DNA of 64,000 nt from Eledone cirrhosa (lineage: Eukaryota), in the NCBI GenBank assembly GCA_964016885.1, contig OZ024743.1, positions 117,738,001 to 117,802,000 of the forward strand, written 5' to 3'. Positions 1-15,651 of this stretch are shown one piece after another (the first letter of the stretch is position 1; every line of letters starts with the position of its first letter). Both the position numbers and the translations under genes were made by a program. The notes under the pieces were generated by a model. It worked only from the letters and a program-made list of their open reading frames with translations. It did not search any database and was not told the DNA's origin.

Positions 1-1290
<1,290 letters not shown>

Positions 1291-1372
1291 AATATATATA
1301 TGTATGTATCTATCTATACGTACATACATATAAGTATACATATATGTACTTGTCTATACCATACTAATTCAA

Positions 1373-1427
1373 ACTGCCTGAAGAGGTCACAGCCAAAGAT
1401 GGCTGTCACTGAAATATATATAGCAGT
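1373..1427 (+). ncRNA. Type I hammerhead ribozyme motif, intact core
   Basis: actgc-CTGAAGA-g-gtcacagcca aaga tggctgtcac-t-GAAA-tatata-TA-gcagt; stem I actgc/gcagt; lies between (TA)n tracts. Confidence 0.85.
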
Positions 1428-1472
1428 AATAAACGACGCTAAATTTTAAACATTCGACTTTTTATTTAACTT

Positions 1473-1539
<67 letters not shown>

Positions 1540-1968
1540 AAATTTAAGTGAAAAAATATCTATTTATGAGAGTATAAGCCAGAGAGACAAAAAAGTTTAG
1601 TTAGTCTCACATATATAAAGATCTCCCTACCATGGTTTCATTTGCGGAAGAAGCAGTTTATTGGAAATACCAATATTTGAAGAATCCGCAATACTCTTCA
1701 AGGGAGTTCTTCTTGAAAACATAAAGGCAATATTGATCATTAAACGATGCATAGGGTTTAAATTGTCGAGGCAGCATGCTGTGCAAAGACACGTTGTGTT
1801 GTTTAACTATCAAACGCTCAAATATAATAGGCTATGCGACAGGCTTATAATGCCACTAGAAATAGCAGCCAAAAACCGTGTAATACATCTCGACAAATTA
1901 AGGAATAGTTTGATATTAATTGAAGGTTAATCGTGATGTTTAAATATTAGAGATCAATTAAACTTTAA

Positions 1969-2052
<84 letters not shown>

Positions 2053-2132
2053 GGTAAACAGAAATAACAACACAATCGGTACAGTATATGGAAGGTGTAT
2101 ATTGGGTTAACGCTTGATATAGCTGGAAGAGT

Positions 2133-2170
2133 GTCTTAACGTTTCGGACGCTAGTCGTTTATCAGAAAAA
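2133..2170 (-). ncRNA. Degenerate minimal hammerhead motif
   Basis: Reverse strand: tttt-CTGATAA-acgac tagc gtcc-GAAA-cg-TT-aaga; core G8 is changed to A. Confidence 0.5.
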
Positions 2171-3337
2171 AGAATGAGAAATAAAATAGATTAAGGGGAC
2201 GGGCGGGATGGAATTGGAAAAAATGTATTTAGATAAAAATAATAGGTCCATTCATGTTGACATCTCTTGCGTGTGTGTGTTTGTGTGTGCATACAACAGC
2301 TAGTTCCATCCTGATTCATACACCCGCATCCACACACAAACACATACACATATATATATATATGTATATGGATTTCTCCTATTTGAAATTGTTTAATCAT
2401 TATAAAATCAACAAACCAAAACGTAAAGCATAACGAGTGTCTAAGTCTATGTCAGTAACCAGCAGTGTATATGAATACGGGAATATATATGTTTGTACCT
2501 ATTCATGTATGTATTTATGTATTTTCATCAGAATATATCTGTTGGTACATGAAATTGTCTCTTTCTAGGGGAATCATGAATCGTTGAAGGGTGCGGTGTA
2601 CGGCGGTTCTATACACACACTATATTTGACTGATGTATGTATGGCTTATCTCTCTGCCTCTCACTGTTGCCTCTCTCTGAACTCTCTCCCTATGTGAATA
2701 TATAAATTATTATTAACTGCCTATGTGAATATATAAATTATTATTAACTGTTCCCAGACACAAAATTCCTTTTAAATTTTGGTCGAGTGCTTTCGTGACG
2801 AATTGGTGCTGCTATATTTAGCACTATCACCTTACCCCAACCAGGTGGTCTCTGATGTTGATATGTTCACTAATTAGTAGTAGGTTTAATTGTAACACAT
2901 GTAATACCAGTATCGATACGGGAATTTAGGTCGGAAGGGCGATATTTTTAGATTCTTCTAACGGACTAGCTTGCTGATGAGTGCAACTAGTACAAAATCT
3001 GTTGTTTATTTGTTTATAATTAATAAAAGATTAGCAGATTACCTTTTTAGCTTAAAACGTTGCCGTACAAGCCATGGAATACACATGCAATCTGGCATAT
3101 ATCTTTGTTAAACAACAAAGATACTGGCTAATTCAAATGACTCAAATTATGAGTACTTTAACGTTTTCATACATTGAATAAATAATTCTCCTCTTCCTTA
3201 CTGCAAGTATCCTGCCTGGGATTGTTGCCTTGCAATGTATCCTACGCGTGTGCTCCGAAATGATTTGTTGAGCAAATTGTAACCGATAATATCGAAATCA
3301 TTGCATATCGATCTTAATATATGTATGTATATACATA

Positions 3338-3423
<86 letters not shown>

Positions 3424-4504
3424 TTATTACGTGTAAGGAATGAAATATGAAATTAGAAGTAGTCACTATCTAATTCTAGAGTATTAGTTTCGTGTAACAT
3501 GCATGTACTCAATTAAGTGCGAAAATTACCCAATACTACAAATTAGAATTTCGTGGGACATATTCAGAACTGAAATCTCATGAGTCGCTAGTCATACTTT
3601 CCCATTTCCGTTCATTGTGATACTAGATAGGTCATATAACATCACAGGTGGGGCTATATGTACAAGTGAAATATTCTACTAAAAGTATTTTTTTACGAAT
3701 ATATAAATACATCAAAAACGTCACGAAATACTGCAAACCAGTGTAAACATGAAGATGGGTTTAATGCTCATATGTTTAATATGTCTAGGAGAAAAGTTGA
3801 ATTTCCCTTGGTGACTCGTAATTGCATACTATTTTGTTGCTATTGATACCCAGAAACAAAACTGATTCCCATGTTTGACATACTAGAAATTTACAGTTTA
3901 TTTTTATTCATTTATCTTTATAACTAATTAGGTAAATGTAAACATCTTCCATGGATTTTTTTTCAGTTCTTCATGACGATCGACAAATTCGACACCACAA
4001 AATCACATTAAGGTGTAAGTGCTAGTGTTAGATTGAGAGACGGATGAAGTCTACGCCCCGAGTATATAAATGAATTATTCCGACTGGCTATCAATTAATT
4101 CTTCCTCATAAGGATTATGCCTTAGTAAGACTGGATATAGGCAAACGTCGAAACCATATCATCGTGTTTGCACAAATTCTATACAACTGTATGCCGTTCG
4201 CTACATCTCTGTGGGTAACATACATTACACAATAATATACTTGAGATAATGTAGCCTAAGATAACAATGGCTGATTAAAAGGTGGGATAGTTAATCCGAG
4301 AACACCAACATTTGATCATATGCTTGCCCACAGTTGGTCTTAATAAAAACCAACGACAAACTCTTTAGATGAGTTGAATTTTTCAAATATTTCTTTCCTT
4401 TGATACAATGTTATTACATATGTACAAAGGAAAGTTTTGTGGAAGTGTAGTACAGGTAGAATTACGTTATAATGAATACCATGGATATTGTGTACGTACA
4501 CATG

Positions 4505-4547
<43 letters not shown>

Positions 4548-4589
4548 GAGGTTATATTTAATTTGTTGGGATACAACAAGCAAAATATT

Positions 4590-4897
4590 TTTATAAAACC
4601 ATATTTATTTCATTATACATATTTCAAGGGCCACCAAGGCAAATTATGGTGCGCTTTCATCAGATAATATATAATATAGGTTATTTATATAAATAAATAT
4701 TGACATACCCTGAAAAAATGCAACCATTCTGGTTGGAATCTCCAGGAGATTCCAACCAGAATGGTTGCATTTTTTCAGGGTATGTCAATATTTATTTATA
4801 TAACTAACCTATATTATATATTATCTGATGAAAGCGCACCATAATTTGCCTTGGTGGCCCTTGAAATATGTATAATGAAATAAATATGGTTTTATAA
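4590..4897. mobile_element. Near-perfect ~150-bp-arm palindrome with an HHR-like motif in each arm (+ copy 4819-4880)
   Basis: Centre gaatctcc-a-ggagattc (~4744). CTGATGA-aagcgcacca...tggtggccctt-GAAA-tatgta-TA; stem I is weak. Confidence 0.7.
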
Positions 4898-4949
4898 ATA
4901 TAGTTTCCATTTGTTAATATATTGTATATATATATATATATATGTGTGT

Positions 4950-5285
4950 GTAGATAAATCTACCAAAATATACGGTAGTGTCCAATCCGTATGAAGAACT
5001 CAATGTAATCCAAATATCATGAAAAGAGAAGATGCATTCAAAAATTTTCAATGAAAGTCATAGGAAAACAGAGTTAAGATAAATTAATAAAAACATCATT
5101 TCTGAAGACAGCAAATATATGTGAAGGTATGTATATTTCCTCTGATAGTTTGTAATATTTTTACATAGATCTATATGATATACATACCAACACACATATA
5201 TATCCTAGAAACGATCGTAAAATGATGAATTTTTTAATATAAGGAACTTGTTCTTTGTTTTTATTCATTGTTTTTATTAATTTAT
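4950..5285 (+). mobile_element. Family D HHR element; HHR at 5094-5227 with ~99-nt stem II insertion
   Basis: catcattt-CTGAAGA-[99 nt]-GAAA-cgatcg-TA-aaatgatg. 4950-5085 is an inverted homologue of the tail at 51100-51244. Flanked by (TA)n/(TG)n. Confidence 0.75.
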
Positions 5286-6658
5286 ATATATATATATATA
5301 TATGTAAGTATGTGTGTGTGTGGGTGCGTGTGTCTGTGTGTGTGTGTGTCTGTGTGTATGTGTGTGTGTGTATAAACATTGTAACAATATGTGTTTCAGA
5401 TTGAACAAGAACTTTCAATATTTAATTAAAGTAAATATTTCTACTATTTACTCTATAACACATATTTTCATCCAATTATATCTTGGCGTCATATATACCT
5501 ATAACCAAATAGAACAGACGAATAAAAACATAGATGTAAGTGCACACACACCCACACACACGCACACACACACACACATACACGCACATTCACACACACA
5601 CATATTATGTATATATGTATTATTCATTAATGACACTCAGACTAGTGTCCTACTCTATGAATCGCCCTTCCTCACACGCGTAACCAATAATCAACAAAGA
5701 AAAAAGAGAAATATATGTGTGTGTGTATGTGTGTATGTGTGTATAGGTGTGTATGTGTGTGTATGTGTGTGATTTTGTGTCTGTGTGTGTGTAAATGACT
5801 GGATACATACACATGTGAAGACATGAGAGTGGGAAAGGAGGAAGGTGGTGTTTCTCGTCATTAGTAACTTGTGGTTTTCATTTAATACTGAAGTATTTCT
5901 CTAAAATATATATCAGACTCATTTCCTATTAAGTTCTTTTTTTTTTTCTTCGGTATTTTCCTAATCAAATACTAAGGTGATAAATGCCAAGTCCAGTTTT
6001 CTGTTTCATACTATATTTTCTCTAACTACATGGCATTGATTTTATGATATTTGATATTGACTCTTAATAAAACACCTAATTACTACTATTGGTTATATAA
6101 AGACTTCACTTCGTCATTATGAAGTTCACTTTGCAACTATGGGATTTACACAGCAAGGCAACTTAGACTAGTACTTCCGACTAGCCGGATATCGGTGATC
6201 TTCCTAACCTTGTGAGGGAAATCTATTACAGACAGTGTATTTTGTGAATTGAATTAAATACAGTTAATGTTTTAAAAAATATTTTGGCAGTAAGTAGAAG
6301 TATAGTGTATAAATATGCCACAGAGATGATCTGTATAACGTAGATCCTAAAATATTGAATAGATGTTTCTTTTGTGCTAAGAGTTTTATATGTACAGTAC
6401 AATGATTATAATGCAGATATATTGCTTGTTGCAGTTGAAACAAAAATCGGGTGATGATAGCAGCAGCTAGAGGAAGTCGATGGCTTCTGTACCAAGAAGC
6501 GGAAAATTCTAATTCTATGTTTTTTTTATCTTGATATTTGTAAAATGTGAGAAGATTTAATAAAGTACTTGTTTGAGATGAGGGTTAGTTTTCTATGTGG
6601 GTATTATATGCTTTGTAACTTGCTATCTCTATGAGTGTAATTTTACTTTTATTTTTCA

Positions 6659-7249
6659 CTAGCAGTGGTGCCCGGCGTTGCACTGGATATGGTATTTTGG
6701 AACGCGGGCCGCTACAGACCTAATCGTGGAAAAACTGCATGCCTGGACAATATGTAAAGAAAATAAACCGAATACTCTGATGGCTGGATAATCTTTAAGA
6801 TTTTCCTCGATGAAGCAGAAAAAGTGCAGGTTTTCACCTAATGAGGGCCCTGGGGATCAAGAAAATGAAATTTTTTATGTGCATAATATGCCATGAAATT
6901 TCGGTAAAATCTACTAGACGTAACGCCTCAAAAAAGCCCTAAAAAGCTGAAAGAATGAAGTTTTTGACCTAATGTGGGCTCTAGGCCATAAACAAGTTGG
7001 ATTTTCTTTGCTCGCGTTATGAAGAAGAGACTGACTAATACATAGTTACAATTTCAAGGAAATCAGTCTGACGTAATGCCTCAAAAACCCTCTAAAAACC
7101 TGAAAAACGCAGTTTTTCACCTAATGCGGGTCCTAGGGCATCAAAAAGTTGAATTTATTATGTGTATAAGACTCCCTGAAAGATAAGTAATACACATGTA
7201 AAGTTTGAAAAAGGTCGGTTGGGTACTTCTCGAGATTTAGGGATTCAAA

Positions 7250-7289
<40 letters not shown>

Positions 7290-7587
7290 TCCTCAGGGAA
7301 GTGACCTAATGCAGACGTACAGACAGATATTATAATCGCGTGACGTTATATGTATGTATCTATCTAAAAAGAGAAAGACTAAGAATTATAGAGAGAAATT
7401 GCTAAATCGCCTAATGCGGTCCCTAGGGCATTGGAAATTTAAATTTCTTTTGCTCAGAACACTCCCTGAAACAGAAGTATTACATGTGTAAAGTTTGAAA
7501 ACAATCGGTTGGGTGGTTCTCGAGTTTTAGGGATTCAAACTCACACACACAGACAGACATCCTCAGTTTTATATATATAAATTAGAT
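6659..7587 (-). mobile_element. Non-autonomous Helitron
   Basis: Minus strand starts tctaatttatatatataaaactgaggatgtctgtctg and ends gcaacgccgggcaccactgCTAG-t. Contains internal degenerate tandem duplications (cctaatgcgg..cctagggcat). Related to 26517-27236. Confidence 0.65.
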
Positions 7588-7714
7588 TTTTATATTGTAG
7601 ACGTTGTAGTGGCTTAATTACATTTTAGTTGGTGCTGTATGTTATATGACACGTTGCTGTTTTGTGGGATATATTTACATATTAATGTCCATTATTTACG
7701 TCCCTTTACGATCT

Positions 7715-7830
7715 AATTTCAAATCCCGCCGAGGTTGACTTTGCCTTTCATCCTTACGGGGTCGATAAAATAAAGTACCAGTAATGCACTGGGTAATTGC
7801 TGGCCTTGTGCCAAAAAGAAGAAAATTATT
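7715..7830 (+). mobile_element. SINE fragment (Meta-domain-like family)
   Basis: ttcaaatcccgccgaggttgactttgcctttcatccttacggggtcgataaaataaagtaccagt, found about 10 times in the window. Confidence 0.75.
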
Positions 7831-8410
7831 TACGTCACGTAAAGATCAACGTCTAAAATACAGTAAATTCGTATAATTATTAGATTATATTAAAATTGCT
7901 TCAGATATTGCATCATAAGCGAAATACTTACACATTTATATCTGTTATTCTTAATACAGACAAACGTACGCCAAAAAAACCTGAATCGAAATTCCTGTTC
8001 TGTCGAAAGACAACAGGAACATAAACACATTTGTTAATAGATCCTAATGGAAAAGAATGGATGATTCCAATAAATAGGAATTTATATATAAAATAAATAA
8101 TTCTCAAACTAAAGAGAAAATCTAATCTTAGAGAAATATGACCTGTTGCGTGTTTTTCAGAGGAGCTCATCAGATTTCAATAAATAATCCTTACGTTTAA
8201 TTCACGGTCAATGTACAACTTGTGACAACCATTGAACTTGTGAGTTCCTTGTGCAATCTAGGCATTTTTAATGTTATCTCTTTTTTCATTACGGATCAGC
8301 ACTTGCAGCCTGATGTAGAAATCCTGACACTCACTTTACATAACAGCATAAAACATCAGTAAATCAAATAGAATTATAATCTGATTAATTTCCTGATATA
8401 TGATGGAGTT

Positions 8411-8477
<67 letters not shown>

Positions 8478-8494
8478 CCTCGTTGATATTTTGA

Positions 8495-8533
<39 letters not shown>

Positions 8534-8602
8534 CGTGTCTGTGTGTGGTGTGCGTGTGGGGGGGGGTATTTGTGTGTGTGTGGGTGTGTATGCGTGGTGT
8601 GT

Positions 8603-8714
<112 letters not shown>

Positions 8715-8962
8715 TGTGTGTGCTTGTGTGTGTGTGTGCGTGCGTGTACATACATATGTGTATTTGTTGATTAAGTGAAAGAGGATTTATCCATTAGAAT
8801 GTTAAAACTTGGCTCTGAGACGCCCGGTCCTTTGTCAGCACATTAGCAGCGTAAATGAAGTGAAATAGATTTATATGGGAGATGCACATCTTTCGGCCTT
8901 TCCGAATTTTCTGGGTGATTACCACATTTTGCTTTGTAATGATCGCAATATCTCTCTCTCCC

Positions 8963-9040
<78 letters not shown>

Positions 9041-9643
9041 CGATGTATATATATATATATATTTAGATGTACAAATGTACTTATATGAATTTATATGCAT
9101 ATATATTATATTATGTTTATAGAAAGATTAATATAGGTGTTTACATTGATGCCTGTTTCTTAAACATGAAATTAGAAATCTATCGGGGAATATATTCTTA
9201 GCGAGACGTTGAAGAGCAAGAGTCAGGTGATTTGATAACAAGTAAGAAATCGAAACCTTATTCGTATTCTTACCTGAAATATACTGCTTACATAAATATT
9301 TCTGACAAAGAAAAGAGAATGAAGAGAATGACATCGATTAGAAAGGGTGCGGTCGGTGGAAGTGTAATTTTAACTGATTTCGAATTAAGCAACGCTTTTC
9401 AGATCCCTCCCTTGACGCCAAATAGCGGGTTAAAACATCAATATAATAATGATGTATGAGCACGAATAATAAAATAATAGCAACGATATCTCGAAATACG
9501 ATTACATTTATCTAGCGTTGGTTCGGTCAGCCATCAAACATAGATTACAGTTATACGCTCACAAGCACACATTCACAATCGTAAATGACCTCTTCCACAA
9601 ATAACAAAAATGTAAACATACATAAATAACTACACATTAATCC

Positions 9644-9733
<90 letters not shown>

Positions 9734-9758
9734 ATACATACACATATATATATGTATA

Positions 9759-9790
<32 letters not shown>

Positions 9791-9892
9791 CATATATACA
9801 TATATATATACATATATACATATATATATATACATATATACATATATATATACATATATATATATATACATATATACACACACACGCATATA

Positions 9893-9932
<40 letters not shown>

Positions 9933-10497
9933 CATATACAAACATATATATATTATATACATATAGACACAATACATTACGCACGGACACATGCACATAC
10001 ACACACACACACAAACACACACACGTATATATATATATAACCACAGAGTTTTAGCAAATATCACATACTTGAAATCCCCTCACATAACCTCAAACACTAT
10101 ATACTAAACCGATGTAATATTGGCGAAAAGATTGTATTAATGTTTCCGAAATCACAAGCAAACGCAGTGTGGGTGGAGAGAACGTCTAATGCTAAAGTAT
10201 AATGAATGTTGAGTCAATAGAGTGGAAATATCATACGATAACAACAAACAAACGGATACATACTATTGAATGAAATAGAAAAAGAAAGTACATAGAATTG
10301 ATTGAGATTTGATAGCCCTATGAACCTTTAGATTAATGCAATAATCTCTGAATCTTTAGCGAAGAATCAATATAGATAATAAATATATGGATACATCAAT
10401 ATATAAATATATTTAAACATGCCCGTACATAGACGCACACATGTACATGTGAGTGTATGAGTAAAAAGTTGTACATATACAAACTACGCTTTGAGAT

Positions 10498-10572
<75 letters not shown>

Positions 10573-10809
10573 AAAAGCTAACACGTTGGAGAGAAAAATA
10601 ATGATTCTTCTGGTGGGAATTGAACCAAGTATCTCTTCTTTATCAGCGACCGTGCTACATTTTCCACAAGCATCCTACTTTGTATACTATAAATCTTACT
10701 GTCAGCAAGACATGTGATTGCATATTATACGAATACACATACAAACACACACATAAATACATATATATGTGTATGTACGTCACTCTCATCCTCCCAAATT
10801 CACTTAGGC

Positions 10810-11600
10810 TGAACTCCCCGCACTACGCAGCCTAAGGCACCGAGATGACATTTTCATCAAACCAGCTGATAAAGGTGCTGCCATGGTGTTGTGGCGCGCA
10901 GACCTCTACAGGTCTTATGTCCTCCACCAGCTTCATAATACCCATTTCTAACGACCTTTTCCCTCTGACATCACCCCCTGCTACCAAAAGCTCGTTTCCT
11001 CCAACACTCGCCAATTCATCTCCTCCTTTCTCCTACCTTCTACTGCTATCAATCTTATAGTACGCACCCCTCGTACTTCCACAATCTACTTCCTCCCTAA
11101 GATGCGTAAACCCGATATTCCCGGACGCCCTAACGTTTCTGCCAGTAAATGTTCTACCGAAATGGTCTCAAAATAACAAGACACCCTGCCTTCCCCTTAC
11201 TAACCTACCCCCCACCCCCTCATCCACGACACTAATCATGCCCTTCTCTTCTGGCCCCTTTCGCTTTCTCTTTACCATGGATATTTACTCTCTCTATACC
11301 GGCATACCTTAGGATGACGGCCTCCGATCTTCTACTCTTCTCCGTCTTTTTGAGCTCGCTCTCATTCTGAATGTTTTTGTTTTCTTTTCTAGTGAGTTTT
11401 ACCAATAGGTCTCTGGGGTAGGCATAGGTACAAGCATGGGCCCTAATTACGCCAACTTGTTCGTTGGCTACGTTGTGGCCCTGATCTTCACCCAGTACAC
11501 TGGTCCGAACCCTGAGGTATAAGATCATTACATCGACGATTGTATCGGCACCACTTCCCTCACTTGTGAATACCTTGACTACTTTGCTACCAATGGCGAT
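10810..11600 (+). pseudogene. Penelope-like retroelement reverse transcriptase, decayed
   Basis: Frameshifted motifs IKPADKG, YFLPKMRKPDIPGRPNVS, FTMDIYSLYTGIP, GTSMGPNYANLFVG and YIDDCIG, typical of PLE RT. Confidence 0.85.
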
Positions 11601-11842
11601 GTTATGGTCAGAAACACACACTCTTACGCTTATACAAACCAACAAAGCACGCACACGCACCACTACATTTACCTCCATGGCTTTGTACGGACCAACAGTT
11701 AACATACTCATTCTTACACTTACATATACACACACACATATCCTCTTAGCTTCGTACGGATGAATAACAAACATACATACGTACTCGCCTACGCACACAT
11801 ACAGATCTATATTTAAAAAAAAAAAAAATGCATATGTATGTA

Positions 11843-11903
<61 letters not shown>

Positions 11904-12420
11904 TTAAAATATATGATAAACACGAAATGTGTTTATATTGCAACAGACAAAGTTAGCTATTAATGAAATAAACTAATTAAAGTGAATACAATTTGTCTGT
12001 CTCGATATAAGTCAATAAAGACAAGCTTATATTGGCAACGGCCATGATTCCTGGACAGATTTAAATTTCAAAATTCAAACCTGTTCCGTAGACGAATTTG
12101 AACCTCGAAACCTAAATAAGTTTCGCAACGGTGGAATGTAAATTGAAAAATAAAGAGAATCGAAATGGAATAGAAATAAAAGAGTGAAATATTCAAATCT
12201 TCTGTGCTTATCAACAGGAATCCAGTAAAATTAGTATATCTCACATCAAAAATTTTGCAGGTCTGACTACACGTGTGTAGGCAGGCCAAAACTAGCCGTC
12301 CAGCATTCACGGTGCTAGAAATAACAGCCGCTTATGCAGGATTAAGGATCAGCTCTACAATAAAGGAGCCATACATTATATTATATTTTGAGAATAAACT
12401 CTCAGTCGTTTACAATAATT

Positions 12421-12463
12421 ACACTGAAGTTTCAGCAATTTTTTCACAGCATCATCAGAACCC
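12421..12463 (-). ncRNA. Degenerate hammerhead motif related to 62631-62677
   Basis: Reverse strand CTGATGA-tgctgtgaaaaaattgct-GAAA-cttcag; stem I not recoverable. Confidence 0.4.
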
Positions 12464-12744
12464 ACAGGAGAAACCACAGATATCAGGATTGTGTATAATA
12501 ATTATATATATTCTCCTGGCTTCTACTGGAACAAAGTAGATGATGTCAGTTACCACCTTTAGAATTCTTAGCTAAAGGCCTTCAAATGTTTATTCATAAA
12601 CATATCGTATATTATTGGATATACAAATTACGGATACATGTATACAGCTATGCTGGAACCAACATTCTAATTACACACTCACTCAAACGACACACACATA
12701 TATATATATATACACCCCCACAAACAAAGAAACAATAGAAAAAG

Positions 12745-12806
<62 letters not shown>

Positions 12807-13319
12807 TCCCAAACATAAAAACACACATCCACAGAAAATCTTCCCTCTAGAGATACAAATCCACCAACACAGGTGGAGACACACATAAACACACTCATCC
12901 GACACACATATGAAAATATATACACACACATACAAAAACGTACACACTCACATACATAGAAACAATTTAAAAAGTCATATAGACGCACACGCACGGTAAA
13001 ATCACTCACACACACTCATCCGACAGACACGTGAAAATACTCACAGACACAATCGAACGCTGTCACGTACAAAGGAACAGCAGAAAAATGTCCTATACAC
13101 ACACACGCACATACATGCAGAAGAAAAAGCAAAGAACACACAGACACCAGTGTGCACATACCAAGAACGTAATACTCTGAGACACCCACTTGTTACCGCA
13201 CGCACGCACACACACGCGCACACACACACATACACAAACACACACACACACTGAGGCAACGCACACCTGACAATTTCATCACTCCGGCAAACACATAAAC
13301 ACACCCATGACACACATGG

Positions 13320-13500
13320 ACCCTTCATTTCGGCCCCCGCATCCAAATGCCAGAACTCTCTCCTCTCATTCCCAACTTGTCAATCTGCTCCTAATACTCT
13401 GTTCCTAAGTTTCTTTCCTAACGTTCCTGGTGAAGTACTTCCATCCAAAACGTAGAACCCTTTTACACTTCCTCCTTGCGTGAACGTAATATAACTTTGT
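13320..13500 (+). mobile_element. Probable PLE pLTR remnant with degenerate HHR (13422-13460)
   Basis: gttc-CTGGTGA-agtacttccatcc-AAAA-cg-TA-gaac; same strand as, and downstream of, the PLE RT fragment. Confidence 0.45.
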
Positions 13501-13564
13501 ATTTTTTTTTTTGTTGCTTACCTGCATTTGTTTTGTTTCAATTATCAACTAAATATATATATAT

Positions 13565-13651
<87 letters not shown>

Positions 13652-13657
<6 letters not shown>

Positions 13658-13841
13658 TTTAACTCCGACGGCAGAGCTCAAGACATTTCGACGGCTATTT
13701 CGGTCCAGAAATAGCCGTCGAAACGGCTTGAGCTCTGCCGTCGTGTTTAAATTTTTCCTATTACCCACTCTACTACCCTAGGTATTGAGTACTCTAGTGC
13801 GTATGGTCCATCTGGTTCCTTACCACACCTCCTTCGTTATA
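13652..13841 (+). mobile_element. Family E hairpin element (3' half of an HHR duplicated as a fold-back, plus tail)
   Basis: ...ttcgacggctatttc..gaaatagccgtc-GAAA-cggcttgagctctgccg-TC plus tail ttacccactctactaccc..attgagtactc..ggttccttaccac; preceded by (TA)n(GA)n. Confidence 0.75.
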
Positions 13842-14197
13842 TGGTGGATGGGTGCTACACGAGAATGCTGAGGATGGCTCTGAACATTAATCAGTATACA
13901 CTGAGGATGATAAAATCAGAGTTATATGGGAGCCTCCCAAAAGTCAACTCAAAAGTGACACAGGGGAGACTGAGGTTAGTTGGACATGCTCACCGACATC
14001 CAGAGTTGACACTGCACTCAGTGTTCCTGTGGGAGCCCCTGCATGGACACACTGGAAGAGGAAGACCAAGGTTAACGTATGTTGATGCCCTAAGGACAGA
14101 CACTGGTCTGTTGGAGACGCAGGACATGGCAGCGATAATGAGGGACAGAGACCGCTGGAGAGCACTCGTCCATGGATCTCGGGAATTTTACCCGCCC

Positions 14198-14230
<33 letters not shown>
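13841..14230 (+). mobile_element. RTE-clade LINE 3' fragment ending in (TAGA)n
   Basis: ORF 13841-14200: YTRMLRMALNI...RLRLVGHAHRH...GRGRPRLTYVD...DRDRWRALV; tandem-repeat tail. Confidence 0.8.
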
Positions 14231-14231
<1 letters not shown>

Positions 14232-14980
14232 TTCATTACTCACTATGTAGGCATAATAGATGAATATCTACACCCTACTATATCTCAGTATGTAGTTGAC
14301 GGACGAGAAAAAATATTACTTATACCTAACATCTATACATGTGTGTGTATGTGTGTGTGTATCTGGAATAATTCGCCAATTCAAAGGGGAAAAACAAGTG
14401 ACAAAATCCACTATGCTTGAGCAGTTTAGGAGTAAATGACTATGTACTGGTGCATGTGTACATGTATGCCATCTTTGAGTACTGGCGTTAGAGAACCTGT
14501 GAATTTACAATTAAGATTTTTCTAATTTTTACATGGATATATGGATTGAAAATAAGCTTGGACTTTGTTGAATTGTATTACAGAAAATAAGGTCTTCCAC
14601 CTTACGTTTGAAAGTGCATTTGATCTTAATAATCGTTTCATAAATATTTAACTCCACCAACATGTTTCTATAAAAGCAACAAAGCTGTATGAATTGCATT
14701 TGGAGATGATAGAATGCAGGTTGTCAAAGGATTATTCTAGACAATACAGGGTAAAACCTATTGAGACACGCAACAAGCAAATCAATGACTTCTGTTACTA
14801 CAATAATTCCTCAAAGAAGGAATCAATCTGTTTTAAGAGGGTCACTCGCCCAGACACTATACATCACCTTGAGTACGTGCTTGAGTAGGTGTTTACTATT
14901 AAAACATCTTTTTACTATTGACTTGTGAATTAAATTTAGAAGACAGAAAGTGTGTGGAAGGCCGACAGATATATATACAT

Positions 14981-15165
14981 AGGAAAAGGTTCAGGATCCC
15001 GACGGTAGAGATCAAGCCGTTTCGACGGCTATTTGAAATAGCCATTGAAACGGCTTGAGCTCTGCCATCGGGTCCTGAACCGTTTCCTATTACCCACTCT
15101 AATACCCAAAGTATCGAGTACTCAGGTGCGTTATGGTCCACCTGGTTCCTTACAACACTTCCTTC

Positions 15166-15168
<3 letters not shown>
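14981..15168 (+). mobile_element. Family E hairpin element
   Basis: Same hairpin and tail as 13652; (TA)n on both sides. Confidence 0.75.
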
Positions 15169-15222
<54 letters not shown>

Positions 15223-15511
15223 TAAACACGTCCCACGGACTGAGTGCTCTTACTCTTGGATATTTCCACTTAACTTTTATTTCAGTATATATATATATAA
15301 ATATATGAATACAGTTGGTCCTTCATCAGTGATCTTCCAACCATCCTCGGTAATTCTTCGCTTTAAAGACCATATACCTCCAGTTGGTGCGAGCAACGGC
15401 TAAAGAAAGTCGTTGGGACACGTAAATAAAGGGAACAGCTAGAGTGTAAACAAACAAAGATGGTGAAGCAACGAAAAGTGAGAAAGAACGAGTCAAGTCC
15501 CAAATTTCCAT

Positions 15512-15589
<78 letters not shown>

Positions 15590-15597
15590 GGTGTGTG

Positions 15598-15651
<54 letters not shown>

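Noticed and set aside
2970-3010. CTGATGA-containing HHR candidates at ~2974, ~8167 (-), ~15321 (-) and ~45361
   Set aside because: Could not build GAAA, UH and stem I in register; truncated or chance matches.
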